A stretch of DNA of 26,837 nucleotides from a virus (Duplodnaviria > Caudoviricetes). The stretch's first letter is position 1, and each line of letters starts with the position of its first letter. The notes under the pieces are model-generated. The model made no database searches. It saw only the letters and a program-made list of their open reading frames with translations, and was not told the DNA's origin. The position numbers and the translations under genes are program-made. Shown here piece by piece: positions 24,991 through 26,837 of the stretch. Location: IMG/VR virus record IMGVR_UViG_3300020045_008457, positions 1 to 26,837 of that record, one strand, 5' to 3'.

Positions 24991-25345
24991 CGCTGTTCCC
25001 GACCTTGACTGGACGGAGGAAAGTCAAAGAGAAATCAACCGCAATCCTGAGCTTGTTGCTGAAAGCGACTTCGCTTGGCAGATTGGGGACTGGTTTATTG
25101 CTGGTTGGCATTATCCTGTTTTCGCTGGCCCGCCTTGGTTCTGGTTCGCGATGACTAAGGATTTCGCAGGGATGAAGCTGCGCCGGTTGCAGGAACTACA
25201 GCCCCGGCTGCCGGTTAATTGTCATGCCGCTGTGCTTAAGGGCTGGACGGCTGGCGAGCGGTTTGCCAAGCACTTTGGCTTTTCCCCGACTGGGGATGAA
25301 GTCACCGTAGAAGATGAGTTGTTTTTAGTGTATCGGAGGGATTGA
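24977..25345 (+). CDS. GNAT-like / T7 gp13-like assembly protein
   Basis: GGAGG then ATG at 24977; ERFAKHFGF motif; position after the nozzle. Confidence 0.6.
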   Translation: MIQINAVPDLDWTEESQREINRNPELVAESDFAWQIGDWFIAGWHYPVFAGPPWFWFAMTKDFAGMKLRRLQELQPRLPVNCHAAVLKGWTAGERFAKHFGFSPTGDEVTVEDELFLVYRRD

Positions 25346-26837
25346 TGGCGTTTCTTCCAGCAGCTTTGCAAATCGCGGGCACCCTCTTTGCGGGTGTGGC
25401 TGCGTACGGCCAAGCCAACTACCAGTCCCAGGTCGCGAAGAACAATGCGGAGATCGCCAAGCGTAACTCCGTGATAGCTTCTGAACAAGCGCAAATTAAA
25501 GCGGCTCGGAGTGATCGTGAGTACGCAGCTGCGCGCGGGAACTATTTGGCTACTGTTGGCGCAAGTGGAATTGACCCGCTCGGCGGCAGCCAGCAAGCTG
25601 TGCTTGGGCTGATTGACCGGAACCGGCAGGAAGGCGCGCTGGACATTCGCCGAGGCGGTGAAGGGCAGAGCAACGACTTCATGCAGAAGGCCAATGATAA
25701 CCGGGAAGCCAGCACTTATAAGAAACTGACTGACTTCTACGGCCCTATTCTCGAAACAGTGGTGAAATCCGGCAACAAGAAGATGCTCAACAGTATTGCT
25801 GATACCTTCGATAACTATGATTTCCCGATTACGAAGGAGTACGCGACATTACTTAGGAACACTGAAATATCCGCACCGGGGGAGATTAAGGTGCCGATCG
25901 ACTTCTCCAACGAACTCGGCGTGAAGGCCTTTCAAGACCAACACCCTGCCGCATATACAAGGCTATTTGGTGCAGCGCAGATACCAGATGTGCTTGCCAT
26001 GACTGATGGCCGTAAGGGTGACATGATCATTGCCAAGGACAACTTCGGCAACATCGTCAAGACTGATTTTGTGGAGACGAAGAAGAAAGAAGAGAAAGCA
26101 GTCAGTTACATGAAAAAAGAGTACGAAAAAGGCAATCAAAAAATCTTTGAAGAGTCATACGACGGGGGTGCGACATGGAAGCCTTTGTCTACTGCCCCAC
26201 GGTATAAACCGGACAGCGGTCAATCAGGCGGTGGCGGTGGTTCTGGTGAAGACTTCGCTAAGTGGACTCCTGAAGAAAAAGACTGGTGGTTTAAAGCCAA
26301 ACGCGACACAAAAGAAGTCCCCAACTTCGGCATGGGTAGGGCGGCGGCTGAATCCAGAAAACAGTTTGCCCGTGAATATGCGCAGTGGAGCATGAAGGAA
26401 GGTAAGTCAGGCGCTGAACAGCGCACTGAGGGAGAAACTTTTGGCGCGGATACCATGTCGCTCAGGCAAGCAACCAAGATTCGCGACTCCATGAAGCCAT
26501 TTGTAGATAATATGGATAGCCAAGTACAGCGTATCAACTTACTGGCCAAGAAAATGCCGTCATCGGATGCCGCCCGTATACTTGCTATGCCACTGAACGA
26601 GGCAAAGCGTTATATTCTTGGCCGCGCCGACCTTGCCGCATATCGGATGTATATCACGGAAATTGAGAATGAAGCCGGCAAACTGGCAACCGGTTCAACC
26701 GGTTCGGTGGCAGAACTTTCAGCAACGGCACAGCAGAAATGGGAAAAGATACATGACAAAAACATGCCGTTGGGCGAGATGCTCAAGCTGCTCAATGAAA
26801 CTAAGCAGATGGGTCACTTACGGATAGACGCGCAGGA
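25345..26837 (+). CDS. internal virion (ejection) protein, runs off the window (not in ORF track)
   Basis: Hand translation has no stop for 497 codons; the N-terminus MAFLPAALQIAGTL...ASGID..GGS is T7 gp14-like. Confidence 0.8.
   Translation, partial: MAFLPAALQIAGTLFAGVAAYGQANYQSQVAKNNAEIAKRNSVIASEQAQIKAARSDREYAAARGNYLATVGASGIDPLGGSQQAVLGLIDRNRQEGALDIRRGGEGQSNDFMQKANDNREASTYKKLTDFYGPILETVVKSGNKKMLNSIADTFDNYDFPITKEYATLLRNTEISAPGEIKVPIDFSNELGVKAFQDQHPAAYTRLFGAAQIPDVLAMTDGRKGDMIIAKDNFGNIVKTDFVETKKKEEKAVSYMKKEYEKGNQKIFEESYDGGATWKPLSTAPRYKPDSGQSGGGGGSGEDFAKWTPEEKDWWFKAKRDTKEVPNFGMGRAAAESRKQFAREYAQWSMKEGKSGAEQRTEGETFGADTMSLRQATKIRDSMKPFVDNMDSQVQRINLLAKKMPSSDAARILAMPLNEAKRYILGRADLAAYRMYITEIENEAGKLATGSTGSVAELSATAQQKWEKIHDKNMPLGEMLKLLNETKQMGHLRIDAQ

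Overview
The window is part of a tailed-phage genome with a podovirus-like (short-tail) virion module related to the BPP-1/APSE/epsilon15 type; the host is probably an alphaproteobacterium (inference). Positions ~293-8685 are a leftward arm of about 30 small, mostly translationally coupled early genes that ends in a UvrD/Rep-family helicase. Positions 9027-26837 are a rightward late arm: terminase small subunit, a five-gene fibre/decoration cluster, a lysis cassette, terminase large subunit, portal, scaffold, major capsid protein, cement protein, tail tubular proteins and an ejection protein that runs off the end. Structure the gene list does not explain: (1) the helicase is split into two convergent halves by an inversion near 315; (2) a 67-bp imperfect inverted repeat encloses an A-rich core with AGCCATAC repeats, a candidate origin, and a hairpin from that core recurs after the capsid gene; (3) unrelated early proteins share a C-terminal LGIxVxxLEI[DE]L-type tail encoded by different codons; (4) a late promoter is duplicated, one copy is leaderless, and a second site holds two promoters staggered by 10 bp; (5) long hairpins follow early stop codons; (6) GC content drops sharply, in frame, inside the last gene. 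All product calls come from recognising motifs by eye; no searches were run.
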